Source of the DNA: Trichoplax sp. H2
Taxonomy: Eukaryota
Assembly (NCBI GenBank): GCA_003344405.1
Contig: NOWV01000185.1
Location: forward strand, 62,001 to 126,000
DNA: 64,000 nucleotides
Reading direction: 5' to 3'
The notes under the pieces were generated by a model, which saw only the letters and a program-made list of their open reading frames with translations, did no database searches and had not been told where the DNA came from. The position numbers and the translations under genes were made by a program. Numbering within the stretch: the first letter of the stretch is position 1; every line of letters starts with the position of its first letter. Positions 49,764-64,000 of this stretch are shown piece after piece.

Positions 49764-52700
49764 ATATGAACTTATTAACGGAAAAGACAATTATAAGCTA
49801 TAAAACTAATTCATTATACTTTTAATCAGAAACGTCATAAAAATATTGATATTGTGAGCTTTGATTTCAGCAAGTATTATTATTATATAGGAATTAAAGA
49901 AGTTACATATATAATACACCAAAATACTACTCTAATATGCGATAATTTTAGTTATGGTGGGTCATAGTAACGGAAATTGTAAGAAATTGTCTTACTATAG
50001 TAAAAATAGTTAGCGTAGAAATATATTCTCATATATGCGGCGATAATTTTTCGGGTTTATTAAATAGTACGAGTTTAATACATGCATATATAATAAAATT
50101 TGTTCAGAAACCACGGACTTTACATCTGTATCCAGAATTTCGATTTATGATTCCATAAAGTATGATTTTCTTGCGTTTACTCATTACAAGATCAATGCTC
50201 GATACTTACAAGAGCAAATATGATACTCAATAATTGAGGAATAGTGCCTGTAATAGAAATAGTCCATGAGCATATTACTTTCACAAAAAAAGAAAAACAA
50301 ACAAGAACCAAGGGCAAATTATCTATCTTGTATGTATATTATAAGTCAATGGACAAATTAAATAAAATTGAAAGAAAACCTATCTCCGGATCGAATTAAA
50401 AACGCGAATGTGTTATTTTCTATAGGTTTAGTATTTAGAAGAAACAATATTGATAATCAATTGCTATAATAGTGCATAGAAAATTAGACGTCACGCAACG
50501 ATCATGATTTACTAATGTTAGTAACTATATCAAGTATAGTTTTAAAGGCAAATGATAGTAGCCTTAACATTATAAAGGTGTAACATCATATGTAATTCAC
50601 TTTTATTACATACTTAAGCATCATTTAATTAATCGTTGTAAAGCTAAGAAGTAAAGAAAATATTTACGGATATAATTCATAGTCATTTCAGAATATGATA
50701 TTGGATCATCACGATGTGCCTTAATAAACCTAAAATATCACAAATAACAATTTGTCATCTACAAGAATTTAAAGTTTAATTTCTATTATAAAAATAGTAG
50801 ATTATAAATTTGAGGTGTGGTAAAATGGTTTCCTGATTACTTTTAACTATGTTACCAATAAACATTTCATAACAAATCATCGAGCATAACATCTTGCTTC
50901 GGAATCGTCAGCTTATGAAGAATTATCCAATTTAGACATAGTATTTCGATATGACAGTCATTTATATATTATCTTCAGTCCATGTTTAAATAACTTTAAC
51001 TGACTGATATTCTTTATATTAACAGTTTATCAGTCATAATGTCTCAATTAAGAGGCTAAATTAGCGGTAGTTTTAGAAATGATAATTATCTATCTTGAAT
51101 TATTGAACAATTAATAAGCGTACACAAACAAAGATAGCTGGATCGGCCGATAATGGCTTCGGTGAAAGAATATCAATAAAGAAACCGGAAGATAGTATTT
51201 TTTGGAACTGGTAGTCTATGAATCAGTTCTATCTGAACATACATTTATCACAATTTGATAAAGACAAAGTAATTAGATGATTGTATTTTACTCTAGTTTT
51301 TCTGAGGAGTTATATTTATACCCTCTTAGCGTTGTTGGATTGAGTCGTTTAATCTTAAATGTAGTTGATAATTTTAATTGAAGAATATTACCGAATCATA
51401 TTTCAATTAATTTGATGATAGAAATAGTGCTAGAGATCATATTCAAGAGCTTGGCAATTCAAATCGTTTATTTCCGTAAAAGTAATCAGCTCTACCATTT
51501 GATAAAATGTTAATGAGTTGTAGTACCTTTGTGCTTCGTGATTTAGTTCCAGCTTTTTATTATTTCCTTTAAGGTATCTAGAGCATCCGATCATGCCAGC
51601 TGATAAAATTGATAATTGAGTATAATATCATAAGATTCGGATTGCATACTGATCTGTTTCAAAATTATGCTACCATATCTAGCAAAAGTAAACTATCCCG
51701 TCATACGGTCACTAATGCAAAATAAATAGAAGAAAATTACAACTAGAGACTCCTTAACATCGTAAATTGTTTAATTCCCTCGATCCTAGTTATGGCAATG
51801 TATAATCTTTTAGGTTATACAATAAAGATTTACATAATGTTTTGATGGAAGTTAAAAAAGCCACAGTTGATAGATAATAGTGAAGGGCGATTGAAATTTT
51901 TTGTAATTAAGTTACTTGAGTAAAATAAAGTATCAAGGCTTAAGAACAGTAAAGAAGATGAATACACATATAAGTTAACTTTAAATTAAGTTGACTATTT
52001 TAATATATCCACATAAATCAACTGCAATCTACGTATTGCAAGAGTAGCCGCTATACCCGTAAAATGCATCAAATCAATATCAAAGATTTATTTTCCAGAC
52101 GGGCATATTACAAGCATTAATCAGCCATTTATGAATTAATAATAACGTCATCTTACCCATAATTAATCATTGACAGCTGTAATTTACATTTGAGTTGGCC
52201 AATGAAATAAAGAGTGTAATTCGTTGTTAATACGGTAATTAAACCTATTTGCTAGGTAATTTTCATGCTTTAAAACTATGTGATGTAGCAATTATACTTA
52301 GTAAGATTCTATGCAACAGAAGCTCTAACTTTGGAATCTGAAAAATCTATAGTACCCTGTACCGCTTCCGATATTAAAGCCTAGCGGTAATAAGAGGACT
52401 TAGTAGAAGATCACAAGAGTCTTCTATCGTATAATTCTGCAGTGCTTGCAGCCCGAGTGTAATTTCAGTTATAATTTAAAATTTTTCACGAACGACCTGC
52501 ATGTTATGACCTAGTAAACCATACACTATAGTAAGTATAATTTAGTCAAGGTAATAGTTATTAACTCTTATATTTGTGTCCTTACTGACGAGTTAATTAA
52601 TAATTATTTAATTAAAATTTTCGCGTAACTACGTTGACACAGTAACCAATGTAATTGAAAAAAATATAAAATATATAATTTATATATATGTAAATTTGGC

Positions 52701-54822
52701 ATAATTTAAACGACTTAATACTAGATCGATATAGATAAAAATTTTTGCTTGATTACGTCGATATGGTAGCCAACGTAATTAAGAAAACGCGAAATTTATA
52801 ATTAATGCAGACGGAAATTTTGCATGATTTAAACAACTTGATGTTAGACCGATATAGATGTAAAGAATTTCACAACGTCTAAATCATTTTGTTGTTTTGA
52901 TATAATAAAAGTTATCACGTAATATGTTTTAATTAATTTATATATTAGATAAGGAATGAGATTCGATATTAATTGATTTCAACCCGTTTAAATTAAGGTA
53001 ACCATCTATTTTTCCTTTCTGATCTTTAAATATTTTAAAGTAGACAATATGATCATTTCCTAGTCTCTTCGGAAGGCGATCAATATTTTGATTGGGTAAT
53101 AATCATGGTAAATAATGGATAAGAAATCATTATTAGAAATGCCTGCTAATAGAGACAAGCTCAAATTCTTTCCGAGATGTGTTTCGGCACATAAGGCTAT
53201 CAACTTATTAGATATAGCGAAATTTGCTACTGTTTCACTTTTAAAATCTTTGCGTAAATTTTTTACAAATAGATTGTATTACCAGAAGCAATTGATGTAT
53301 CTAATCACAACCTGAAGGAAGGCATGTTATTTCTTAGGAAGCACGTTTTATATTTTATTGTATTATTAATGAGATTGAAAATGATAGAATTGTACGATAA
53401 GATATAAATGCTAAATGAAGTATAACAGAAATTTTTTTAATAAAGACATATTTAATAATTAGAGAATAGATAAATATACTTACATGGATGACGATTGAAC
53501 GCTTACGGGCTGAAATAAATTAATTTCGATTTTTAAAATATCATCTTGCTATTGCAATTGTCTAATATTCTTCGCTCTAATGGCCGATTCTATACACATA
53601 TTAGACATAGTAATTACACATTATATGTATAGCTAACACCAAAGATTTGATAATACTGAAGTAATAGCAAATGGAGTCTATGAAGCGGATAATGTAGCAG
53701 ATATTATTTCAAAGCTATAATCTTACGATACTATTTGCAGAAAAAATTAAGATAAACAATAGCAGTTCAGTATTTTAATAGAATCATTTAGAAGAAAAAA
53801 GAGAAATTTATCTATGGTAATATTTTACGTTGATTTAACCAGGCAACGATAAGTATCTTGGATATCGTTTCAAAGCTATAAATTAATATATTTAATTAAA
53901 CACATGTCATGGATACCTTATTATAAGATAATTATATTTCTGTTGGACTAATAATGATTTAAGCTATTTATTAGTCTCTCTCAAGTATAACAATTCGAGT
54001 ATATACATATAAAAAATCTTAAAACGTGGGAATATAAGACGTTGAAATTTATGCAAGTATTGAGAAAAAGTTGAAAGATGAAATTAAAACGCAGATTCAA
54101 GATAACTAGCCTAGCTTACGCCATTGTTATGATTAACTGTAGCGAATTATAAGCGAGGATAAAAATGATATTAACATTCCATTAATTTAAGTCTTGAAAG
54201 GTTATATCTAGTCTACGCCTATCTTTGCGCTAAGCATTTGTAGATAGTCGATAAATTACAGTAGTTATTGTCGCGTTTAAAAATGATGCCATCAAGAAGA
54301 TTGATTCTTAAAATTGGCATTTATTCCATTTGTATTTTATAGAGGGAAATAGACGTTGCATAGCTGTCGAAAGAAGATGATAGCACCTTACGTTATAGGT
54401 AGTTTCAAAGCTATCGAGGTATCTTCTATTCACTGATTTAAGAATAGTGGATTGAAATATGACATTTCGGCTGCGTTATTGAATGAATCTCTATAAAAAG
54501 TAGACAAAAACCCTGCAAACTATTCATAGCCATTGCTTAATAATGAAACAGATTATAGCATTAAAAAAAGTAGCTGTTGAAATCTACTGTAACCAAAATT
54601 GGCCGTTAAATATGCAATCAACAAGCTGCGATTTGAAGTGCATGATTCGGCGATAGTGTTAATTGTGTCAGCCAGCTCTAGCTTAAATCTGTTGCCCAAA
54701 TTTCAGCAGAGCCAGGAGATTGCATATATTGCTATATTGACGAACATAAAATGGCTATCTTTTATTGCGGGTGCATTCAGATATATTGACGTAATAGAAC
54801 TAGCCATAACCATTTTCAACTA

Positions 54823-55869
54823 CTATATTAAATGAGTACTTGTCATTCTAGTTGTACTTGCTGATTGTAATAAAGGTTTCTTTCGTGAAATTCGTAAAAA
54901 CTCTGCTATTTCTTTTCGTAGATCTTGACTAAAAAGGATAAATATAAATGGATTATAGGCGGGATAGGAGAAAGCAAGTTCACGCAAACCATACGATGAA
55001 GCTTTTAAAGCATTCATTAAAACTCCTAAATGTTTCTTCCGTATCTCCCATGGCAAGTCGCCTAATGAAAACGCAATGAATAAGCAGACGAAGTATGGTA
55101 CAGTAAATATCAGAAATACCACAGAGGTAACAATTAAAGGTCGTGCCGCCCTAAATTTTTTAATAATTCGTTGTCTTCCCCTTTTTAGTTCTTCCATGGA
55201 TTTACTTTGCTGATAATCAATATTTCTAACATGTCGCAATGCAACTACAAAAAGATAACCATGACATAGAATTATGACTGAATAGGGCAGAATAATGCAT
55301 AAGCTATAAAATACGTAATGATAGTTAGCTTCTTCTGATATTGATCCCGTTAAATATGTAACATTGCTCTTTCGTCGTAAAGGACTGATGATTGGATAAA
55401 ATGACACAAATAAGGAAATTAGCCAGACCAAGGTTAAATTAAGGCCTACAATACTTGGTCTAACGAAACTCTTGTACTGGAATGGAAAAGCGATAATAAC
55501 CACTTTATCCACTGCATCGGATGCTAAATGGAAACAGAATGAAGCCAGTAAGAAATTGCGCAATGGCTTTTGAATTATTTTTAGGACAGAGGTTGCTGGA
55601 GATGAAGAAATCCAAGGATAAGGTAGGCAGTAAAGCAATGCTAAAATGATGGAAGTAAAACACATACTACATAATCGGATGTGAGGAATTTTCCATAATG
55701 TCCTTCGTGTTATAATAATGTAAGCTAGTGGAGCATTGATAGTTAATGCGATGATGCCAGTGATTCCATTATAAATGGCCGTAATAGTTATACTTAGCAT
55801 CACGCCATTGCCATTAGCATTTCTTGTTGTATTGATTGGCAATGAAGACAAAGTTGTGTTGATACTCAT
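54823..55869 (-). CDS. Intronless class A GPCR, orphan, divergent; 348 aa from the first ATG
   Basis: The ORF track starts at TTG 55893; the first ATG is at 55869 (MSINTT). Seven TM segments; LYCLPYP, KPLRNF, AVDKV, YGLRELAFSYPAYNPFIF; paralog of the other three. Confidence 0.9.
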   Translation of the reverse strand: MSINTTLSSLPINTTRNANGNGVMLSITITAIYNGITGIIALTINAPLAYIIITRRTLWKIPHIRLCSMCFTSIILALLYCLPYPWISSSPATSVLKIIQKPLRNFLLASFCFHLASDAVDKVVIIAFPFQYKSFVRPSIVGLNLTLVWLISLFVSFYPIISPLRRKSNVTYLTGSISEEANYHYVFYSLCIILPYSVIILCHGYLFVVALRHVRNIDYQQSKSMEELKRGRQRIIKKFRAARPLIVTSVVFLIFTVPYFVCLFIAFSLGDLPWEIRKKHLGVLMNALKASSYGLRELAFSYPAYNPFIFILFSQDLRKEIAEFLRISRKKPLLQSASTTRMTSTHLI

Positions 55870-58800
55870 GCTGATTTGTTGTTGGATATTCAATTGTATT
55901 GAATATTAGAAAATGAATCGATTCAGCTAGCCAGTAATACCAGTCGATGCAATACTAATTTATTAACCAGACACTCAGGTCGATTGCTGGAGTATTTTAT
56001 CGATTTAGAATAAACCTCAACATAAATATTGATGTAGAATTCTAATAGAATTTCTTCCTCCACCATGCGCTATTTTGCTGTTGAAGATCAATTTTTAGAC
56101 CTACTATCTAGATTGATTTCGACTTGGACTTTTGTGATCTCCAATTTTTTTTCTACAACTTGAATGGCTAGTATAAGCAAGCGAAGAGCAAATAAATGAT
56201 TGATCACAAACTTATTATCTATAGCTGAAAAAGATGCAAGACAAGCTGACTGCTAGACGTTGCTTTGAGGAATGATTTATTCAACAACTCGTGGGATATA
56301 TATATATAGCTACTCAAAATGAGATGGATCACAAGTTTTACTTTATAGAAATAGACAAGCATACAAATGCATTGAATGGATAAAACGATAATAAATTCAT
56401 GCTTTCAAGAGATAATTTCAATTTATATTATTGATGATATTTTCTTGATTTTGTTTTGTAAGCGTCTTATATCAACAAAGGTAATATTGTTTCCAATTTC
56501 TCAAAATCCTTAACGTCGATAAAATAACAACTATCAAAAGAAAAAATACAAGCTGGCTGTATACCGTAATTTGTTTTTAGTTACTGTAATACCACAATTC
56601 TATTTGTTTTATTACATATGCAATTTTCCTTGGCTGTAACACCCCCACATTGTGAAAATCAGCGTACTTCTTTTCACCCCGTCAATATTATTCTTCTATC
56701 GTTTCAAATCATCCATCACCTTAATTAATCTATTCTATAACGTCCTACGTTGACACTATTATAATATACAGAAAGAAACGATCAAGAAAACGCAACTCCT
56801 ATTGAGTGATGGCAAACAAAAAGAATAAGAAATGGAATAATAAATGGATGGCACAATATCCATCTAGAAGAATGGATTGGATATTTCCATACACCGATAG
56901 CCGCTGACGGGGGGAAAATAGCGGCCATAAATAATTGAATCAAGAACAACTAATCGGTTTGTCTCATAAATTATCAATCGTTTTGAGTGAGGTTCCTAGT
57001 GATGTTGATATCTATCGGTATAGAAAGTAGGATAGCTCTAATGCATTAATACAGAGAAACATCATAAAACATCTAGACTTATTTAAACATCGCACCTGTA
57101 CTTTAAATTAACAATTTAACTGTCGTAAGAGGAAATGCCTACTTTTGCAAGGGAAAGAAGACTTGTAATAGTCACGAATAATATCCATCGTCAAGGCTGA
57201 TACCGATATCAACAGAGAATGAAAGAAAATAGTGAAAGAAAATAGAAAAGCTGAGATACTACTAAAATGATCTCTAGCTATAGCCATGTTGATTATAGTC
57301 TGGATAGTTACATTTTGCTTCCATTAAAATTGTATTTTCTCTAGCGTACATTAATTCAACAGAATAGAAGCCTTATCCAGATAGGATAACAAATTATCCA
57401 GAGCCAATCTTATTCAATAGGCTCTATTAAATTATTGTATCAAATCCAATAGCTTCCAATTGTGACTCCATATTCTTTAAATGGGATCAAATAGATCAAA
57501 GGCAATAATAGAGAATGTCGATGTGATAATTAATAAATCAAATGGTCTATTTCACGCATAGATTGGCCTTAAGAATTTGTGTACTCAGTTCATTTGTGAT
57601 TAGGCCGTAAAATTGACTTTGTTGATTATTATTGTTGCCGGTTGCTACTTAAAGTTCGCTTGTGTTTATTCATGTTACTTGGTTGCTTTGAGTTATATGT
57701 TATTCAGTTGATAATTGCAAGTCGGAAGTTTTACAATTCCTTTTGCTTTCTACTTTAATTTTGGTTAGTACAGCATATCTTTTCAATAAACTAAGCCTAT
57801 TAAGTTACCCTAAATTCAACCATTGCGATACAGTATAGCATAAGTTTTTAGTTATAAATTTACTTTATTATTTTTTGTCTTTCTAACATCAATACAACTC
57901 CGCTATGATATACAATAAATAGAAAGACCAAGGCTTTCGCTCATATGTTCGCACAAGTATATATCAATAAATAGATTATTAACAACCGATATTGGAAAAC
58001 ATTGATTCGTTGATATGATTTTATAAAATCAATTATGTTACGCTTTATTTTACTTGCTCTATTTTTAATTAAAACCGCACGAATAGTTATTGATATTAAT
58101 TCCTGATAAACTTATTGATGAAGTTATTGCTGATTACTTTTCTTATTTTTATATTCTACAAACTCAGATACAGAATAGGTTTCATGGGTTTTTAATGACC
58201 TATAGTTTATTTACACTTTACTAGCTTAACGTTCAAGATAAATCGGATTATATCCTTGATACTATATTTTCCACGTATTAGTAATATCACATTTAGAATC
58301 TTCTGCCTTATTCTACATTAAAATTAAGCGTATCAATAATCACTAAAATTTCAAAAGTGATAAAAGCCTCTAATCAAATAGATGGCTAAAAAATAGAACT
58401 ATCAAAGCAAGCAGAGTGGAATTATAAGCTTAATTATTTCACACCATGGATATTTTATTATTTCTGGCCTTAAAAATGCATAAAATGGGGGTTAATTTAC
58501 CATGAAATAGATTACAAATTCAAATAGTCTAAGCAGCATATTTTAATTTATTCCATTCTAGTGGTTATCAAGTCAAACTGTAAAGCAATACGTTCTCATT
58601 TAGTCTATTCAGATTGATATATGAAATAGTCATCGATTTTAGCCGACAGTTTATTTTAACTGTTTTTCTACATTTCTTCCTCGAAAAATAACTACTAAAC
58701 TAACTGCTGTTTAATCAATTTCAGAAGATTGATATTTCTATCTCAAATCGTTTAAGCTGTTTAAGCTGTTTATTGCAATCTATCCCATTTTAGCTGCTAT

Positions 58801-61800
58801 TAAGTCATGCTGTAAATCAATATTTCTCTTTAAGTCTAATTTAATTAATATATGAACCAGCTTTCAATTTCACGCCGAAAGTTTATTTCAAGCATTATTT
58901 CTGCTTTCCTTTTATGAAAATGACCACTCAACTAACTGAAGATCAATCAATTTCTATAAAAATTATTCAATCTGTTCCGATATCAGTATAAGAATTTCAA
59001 CTTTATTTATTGTTTCCGTTAATTACTGCCGTAGTTGTTATCAAATTAATCAATAAATTAAATCCTGTTTAGGTATGTAGCAATCATTTATCAGTATAAA
59101 GTAAACTAAATATCGATGCTAAACAAATCGATGTCAATATATATTCAGCTTGCTGATCATTTTGATTCAATGTCATTAATAATTTAGCATCTGCTGATTC
59201 TAAAGCCTGATACTCCATCATTTTAGCCTTCCATTATTGTAATAACTCTACTTGTAAAGTATTGTCAACCCTATTCAATTATCCATTCGTTTATATTTAT
59301 TTTAATCTAAATTCGGTAAATATGCAACTATCCTGTAGCGATCTTAGTATTTGTTGTTAAAATTTTTTTACTCTTCCGGTGTTAGTTAAAGGTACTGTAG
59401 CTTACACTTATCGCAAATCCATCCATCATAGCAAGATCTTGTTCTGTAGAGGAAGAATATAGATCAACTTTGTATTTTTGAACTCGTATTCAAGAGTAAA
59501 AGCCCCCTGTTCAATTTATTTCTGATAAAATAGATGGAAAAACCGGATTGATCATTCGAAGATGTAATTCCAATCTTTTAAAATAGGGCTTTCCTTTTAA
59601 CTTAAAGATATAATTCAAAATTAGCTGGAATAAAAGATAATCTATCATTGCTACCGGTATTGTAAGATATCGATTTTTCTTTTTGATGGTAATTGCGATC
59701 CAGTATTATGGTCAGATAATACGTCAACGTCCAGTGTAAATTCAATCTATTAGTATCTGGCCATTAAAAATTGAGATATAATAGTCAATGTGTTGAATCT
59801 GCGTCAAATTGTTATTATAATTAGCTATTGATATTCATGATAGAACAATATTGATGTAAGAATGCCCTGCCTTTCTCCTATATAATCGTACTAGCTACGA
59901 AAACAGATAATAGTCTATTCAAATAATATCCAGGAAGCATGGAGAAGATTGAAAGTTATTAAGACCTGTATTAACTCTCAAGATAGTCTAGGATGGCTTT
60001 GTGACTTTAGGTCAACTTGATAACGAGAAAGGTGGGAAAAATAAGTCCATGAGGATAGCCACTAGCCACTGTTATCATCACTTTCCAATTATTATATATA
60101 TATATTCCGACATTGGCCGTAATATATATATATATAACAAATTAATAAACAACGTCGATATCACCATGACAATAACTGGCTAAGTATGCAAAATTCAAGA
60201 AATGATCTTTGCATTTCTTTTGGCTACGAACAGCTTGTAACAATCTTGGCATGAAGTAGCTCTATTGAGAATTGAAATTTCTATTCCTACACTATAGAAA
60301 TCGTAATTAGATATTGAAAAGCCAACCAATTTATGCCCCCCAAATAATGCAAAATATTGCCTAATATCATTGTCAATGAGTAAAATTTAACCCTTGGATG
60401 ACAGCTGAAAGGATCAATAACTCACGTTACTAGGGCCATAGAAATCAATCTATGCAAAAAATTATTCAACACTTCTGATCTGTTCCATAATCATCTCTGA
60501 CATCTTGTCAATAGATGCAAAATATCGTATAGTGTGCATAAGTAAAAAGTGCTACGGAATAAATAACTTATTCTCAGAGTTGTAGACAATCTAATTTTTC
60601 AATAGATAAAAAGCGATTCAACATATAGAATCGAGTAGAAAATGACTTCTGAAATCCTTTACTATATTATCATCTGCTTGGACTTCCAGGTAGACAAGAA
60701 TAGATTGATTCGTGAGTCATATTCTTAATTTTAAAAAATGGATTCAGTATTAAAATAATTGACTTACGAGCGCTGTTTGGGTGTCCAAATTGACCTTGAT
60801 ATCATTTATAAGGGTTTTAAAATACCGAAAGTCTTAGTACAGAATAATTAATTAAGCAATTTATTATCAAGGCTAAAGGATAAAAGAAGTAACAAAATAG
60901 GAATGTACTATATTGATTATTCAATGGACTAAATATACTAAATAGGATAAATAGCAAACATTCGTTTCCTTGTAGATGAGTAATCATTTTTCTCTCCAAT
61001 ATCTTACTGTTTATCATCTAAATCAATAGCTTAAATTTTTAAACCATTAATGAATTATTTAACTTCAAGAATTCGCACGATGCAACGAACAGATCGATTT
61101 CTCAATTAATTTTAAATTGGAAATTGATGATAGCGTGAATCATTAGCCAAGTTATCGTGACCATCTTGGGTATTGGTCTGGAATAATCATAAGTATATAT
61201 GGCCTTGTAAATGCAGAGGATTATTCTTTACATTAATTATTTTCAATGGGAAAGTCAATGAATGATCTATTAATTCAAAGTATAGTGGATGATGATTATA
61301 ACTAAAAATAAATCAAATTACTAGTAGAATACAATAAGGCAAGCTAGAAAATTTATAGTAATCATATTTTAATTTTAAAAACAGCTCACTATTACAAATT
61401 ATTTAATCAACTGTAACTATCGCTCTCATCATTTTTATTTTCTTAAGGGGAATTGATTATCTTTTCCTTTTTTCTTTTTCTATTGGCTTTGGCTTTATTC
61501 TTGAAAAGTAAGACAGTCATAATTATGAGAAAAAATTTTTTAATTCCCTCTATCCAATTTCTGAAATAAACCTGCAAAAAAAGTATTTATAAATTTCATA
61601 GCATTGTCCAAACAGGTTAAAATGGCTTTCATAATTGGTAAGAATAGTAATTTTAAATTTTTTCTTGGCTATGGTGGGCAACCCTATTCACTATTACAAT
61701 CCCATTATAAAAAATATGCCGGTACCTGTATAGTGAATAGTTAAGATATTCTTGACTCGCTGAATTGGTTTTCTATAGAAAAAAGATACCGGTAATAACT

Positions 61801-64000
61801 ATGCTGAATTTGAATGTTCTGAATGAATAACTTTCATATTAATAAAATGACTAATTAGAATTTCTGCTGATCATTTTGCATTTCAGATATATTGCCAAGG
61901 AAAAAACAATTAGTATTTTTCTAAAAATAGCGATTCTGCACAGAATTAGCATGTATAAACTATTGCCTATTCTACAGTCATTAAGATCATTTTTCTATTT
62001 TAATTCTAAAATTCCAAGAGTTAAATTCGAGTGAATCAATCAACATTAAAATTTCCGAAACGATTGAGGAGTTTATATTTTCAAGATAAACTGACTGAAA
62101 TGATAGTTTTAATAAATGAAGGTAAAGAAAATTTAACTTTTCAACTCTGCTAGTAAACTAAAAATGCCCAATATTTTTAGACTTAGGTTGCTATTGATCT
62201 TTAATCTTCATCTTTCCAATTTCTCTATGCCGGTTTAACAGTATCAAAAGAATTTTACTGGTTTGTCTTAATATCATCTACAATATGAAATAATACTCCC
62301 AAGGCGAATCCATGCACTCAAAGTGCATGGATTGTTAATAAGTGACCTCAATGAAGGTATTAAAATTGTATATTTGGACTCACCTCCAGGTAGAAGCGAT
62401 TATCTAATACACTATTTTCATGCCGAAGGAAGACTAAACAGCTCAAGCTTATTTATAAAGAAAAAAGATTGAATACCGATTGATTTAATATATATATATG
62501 TACATCAGTAATGTGAAAATAGCAGGTGCATCTTTAGAAAATAAGGCTTATTCTTAAAGATGTGCAATTTAATTCAAGCAGAATAGTCAATTTCGTTATA
62601 ATGCTGCACTGTTTTCCTTCACGCCCAACCAAGGTGTTATGCAAATAGATAAGTCCAGCTTAATATTGATTTGAATTTTAAAAGTTAATATTATCTAAGT
62701 ATAAAATAATCCTGATAAATATCAAACTATAATATGTAACCTTTCATTCTATAGAAAATATTTCAAATTATAATAAATAAAAGAGTTGAAAAGGCAAACG
62801 TAATTACCGTCAAAGATCGAAGAATTGCTGCTACCTATTCTATTATTTTAGTTTTTATTTATAAATATCTATTTTTAGCTTATTATAGTTATGAAAAATT
62901 TACTATATAGATCTATTTATCATTAGTTATATAAATCAATTGAAATCTTACGATAAAAGTATTTCATTTCTTTCAATTAAGACAGCAAATCAGTTTATGC
63001 TTTATTTCTCGCATCTCATTTAGTATATTACCATTTTCTGTTTCAATAATTTCTAGAAGATGACAGCCAAATAAGATAGGATACCTCATAGGACTATTAA
63101 TCATCAATATTACTGTTATAGCAATTTCAGAAAGACTGCACTAAAACTCAATCACATGATACAATTAATGTGTGTGAGAATCGATTCAATTTTTGATAAG
63201 CTTTTTGCAATTTTATGTATTATCCCCATTTTGCTCTTAAATAGAACAATAGACGAATTTTTACCTCAAGCTTGTAAACAAAAACAACGTTAACCTAAGT
63301 TTGAGAAGAAGTGAAACATAGGCGTAAATATTTGTGATCTATATTCTTTTGTGATATCAATTTCAAGTTATCTATTACTTTGAATAAATGTAACTATTAT
63401 ATTGCGTCTCTTGGTAACTATGTTGCTGTAATTTTCAAATTTCTCATATTCTTATTCTACCTCTGGGAGGATATATTAAAATTACATATTCAAAATGTAC
63501 ATTTAATCTAAAACTATATAAGCAATTTTCCAATACTAAGTTGGCCAATTTTTACATGCGTCTTTTACGCTAATGATAACCATTAGGCTTAACTGCTAAG
63601 TTAGTGATGTAAATAATTATATATATACAATATTAAATACATCGAATAGAATTGCCCTCCAATCAGAGTAAGTGTTACTAAACTCATACTTTAAGCTATT
63701 ATGATGAGTATACCAGATCGAAATTTAAATTAACATGAAAAAAATAATAGATAAGAGTGGTTCTTCAAAATGAATTTAATCCTAATTTGTAGCATAAATA
63801 AACAATCTCAATTCCCAAGGTCCATACGAGTAAAATTGAAAGTAAACGTTTTAGTCAATGCTAAGGTGATGGAAAATTGATTGTCACTTGTTATCTGTTA
63901 TTTATTGCTATACTAACAAAAGATAAAATAGAAATCTGAAGGTTATAGTTAAAATTTTATCGTTTTACAAACTAAATAGCCTGAAAAGGATTAACTGTAA

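Noticed and set aside
178-55869. GPCRs as opsins or aminergic receptors
   Set aside because: Position 7.43 is Phe rather than the retinal-binding Lys, and 3.32 is Arg rather than Asp.

Overview
AT-rich eukaryotic (animal) genomic DNA with short GT-AG introns and three 20-N scaffold gaps. The composition, compact introns and intronless class A GPCR array suggest a placozoan such as Trichoplax; this is an inference. The window holds four single-exon, minus-strand, paralogous orphan rhodopsin-class GPCRs (0.2, 19.6, 29.4 and 54.8 kb). Inside this array is a head-to-head gene pair: deoxyribose-phosphate aldolase (DERA, 2 coding exons, minus) and an ALDH16-type aldehyde dehydrogenase (12 coding exons, plus) that keeps its catalytic Cys and Glu. 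Their ATGs are 1.7 kb apart across a CpG-rich spacer. DERA releases acetaldehyde, which an ALDH can oxidise, so this is a candidate two-gene deoxyribose-catabolism cluster in an animal, and the best lead here. Intergenic DNA contains four solo-LTR-like elements from three families, all with TATA-15 nt-AATAAA spacing and two apparently heterozygous. It also has Helitron-type 3' ends, several tandem arrays and allelic duplications at each gap.
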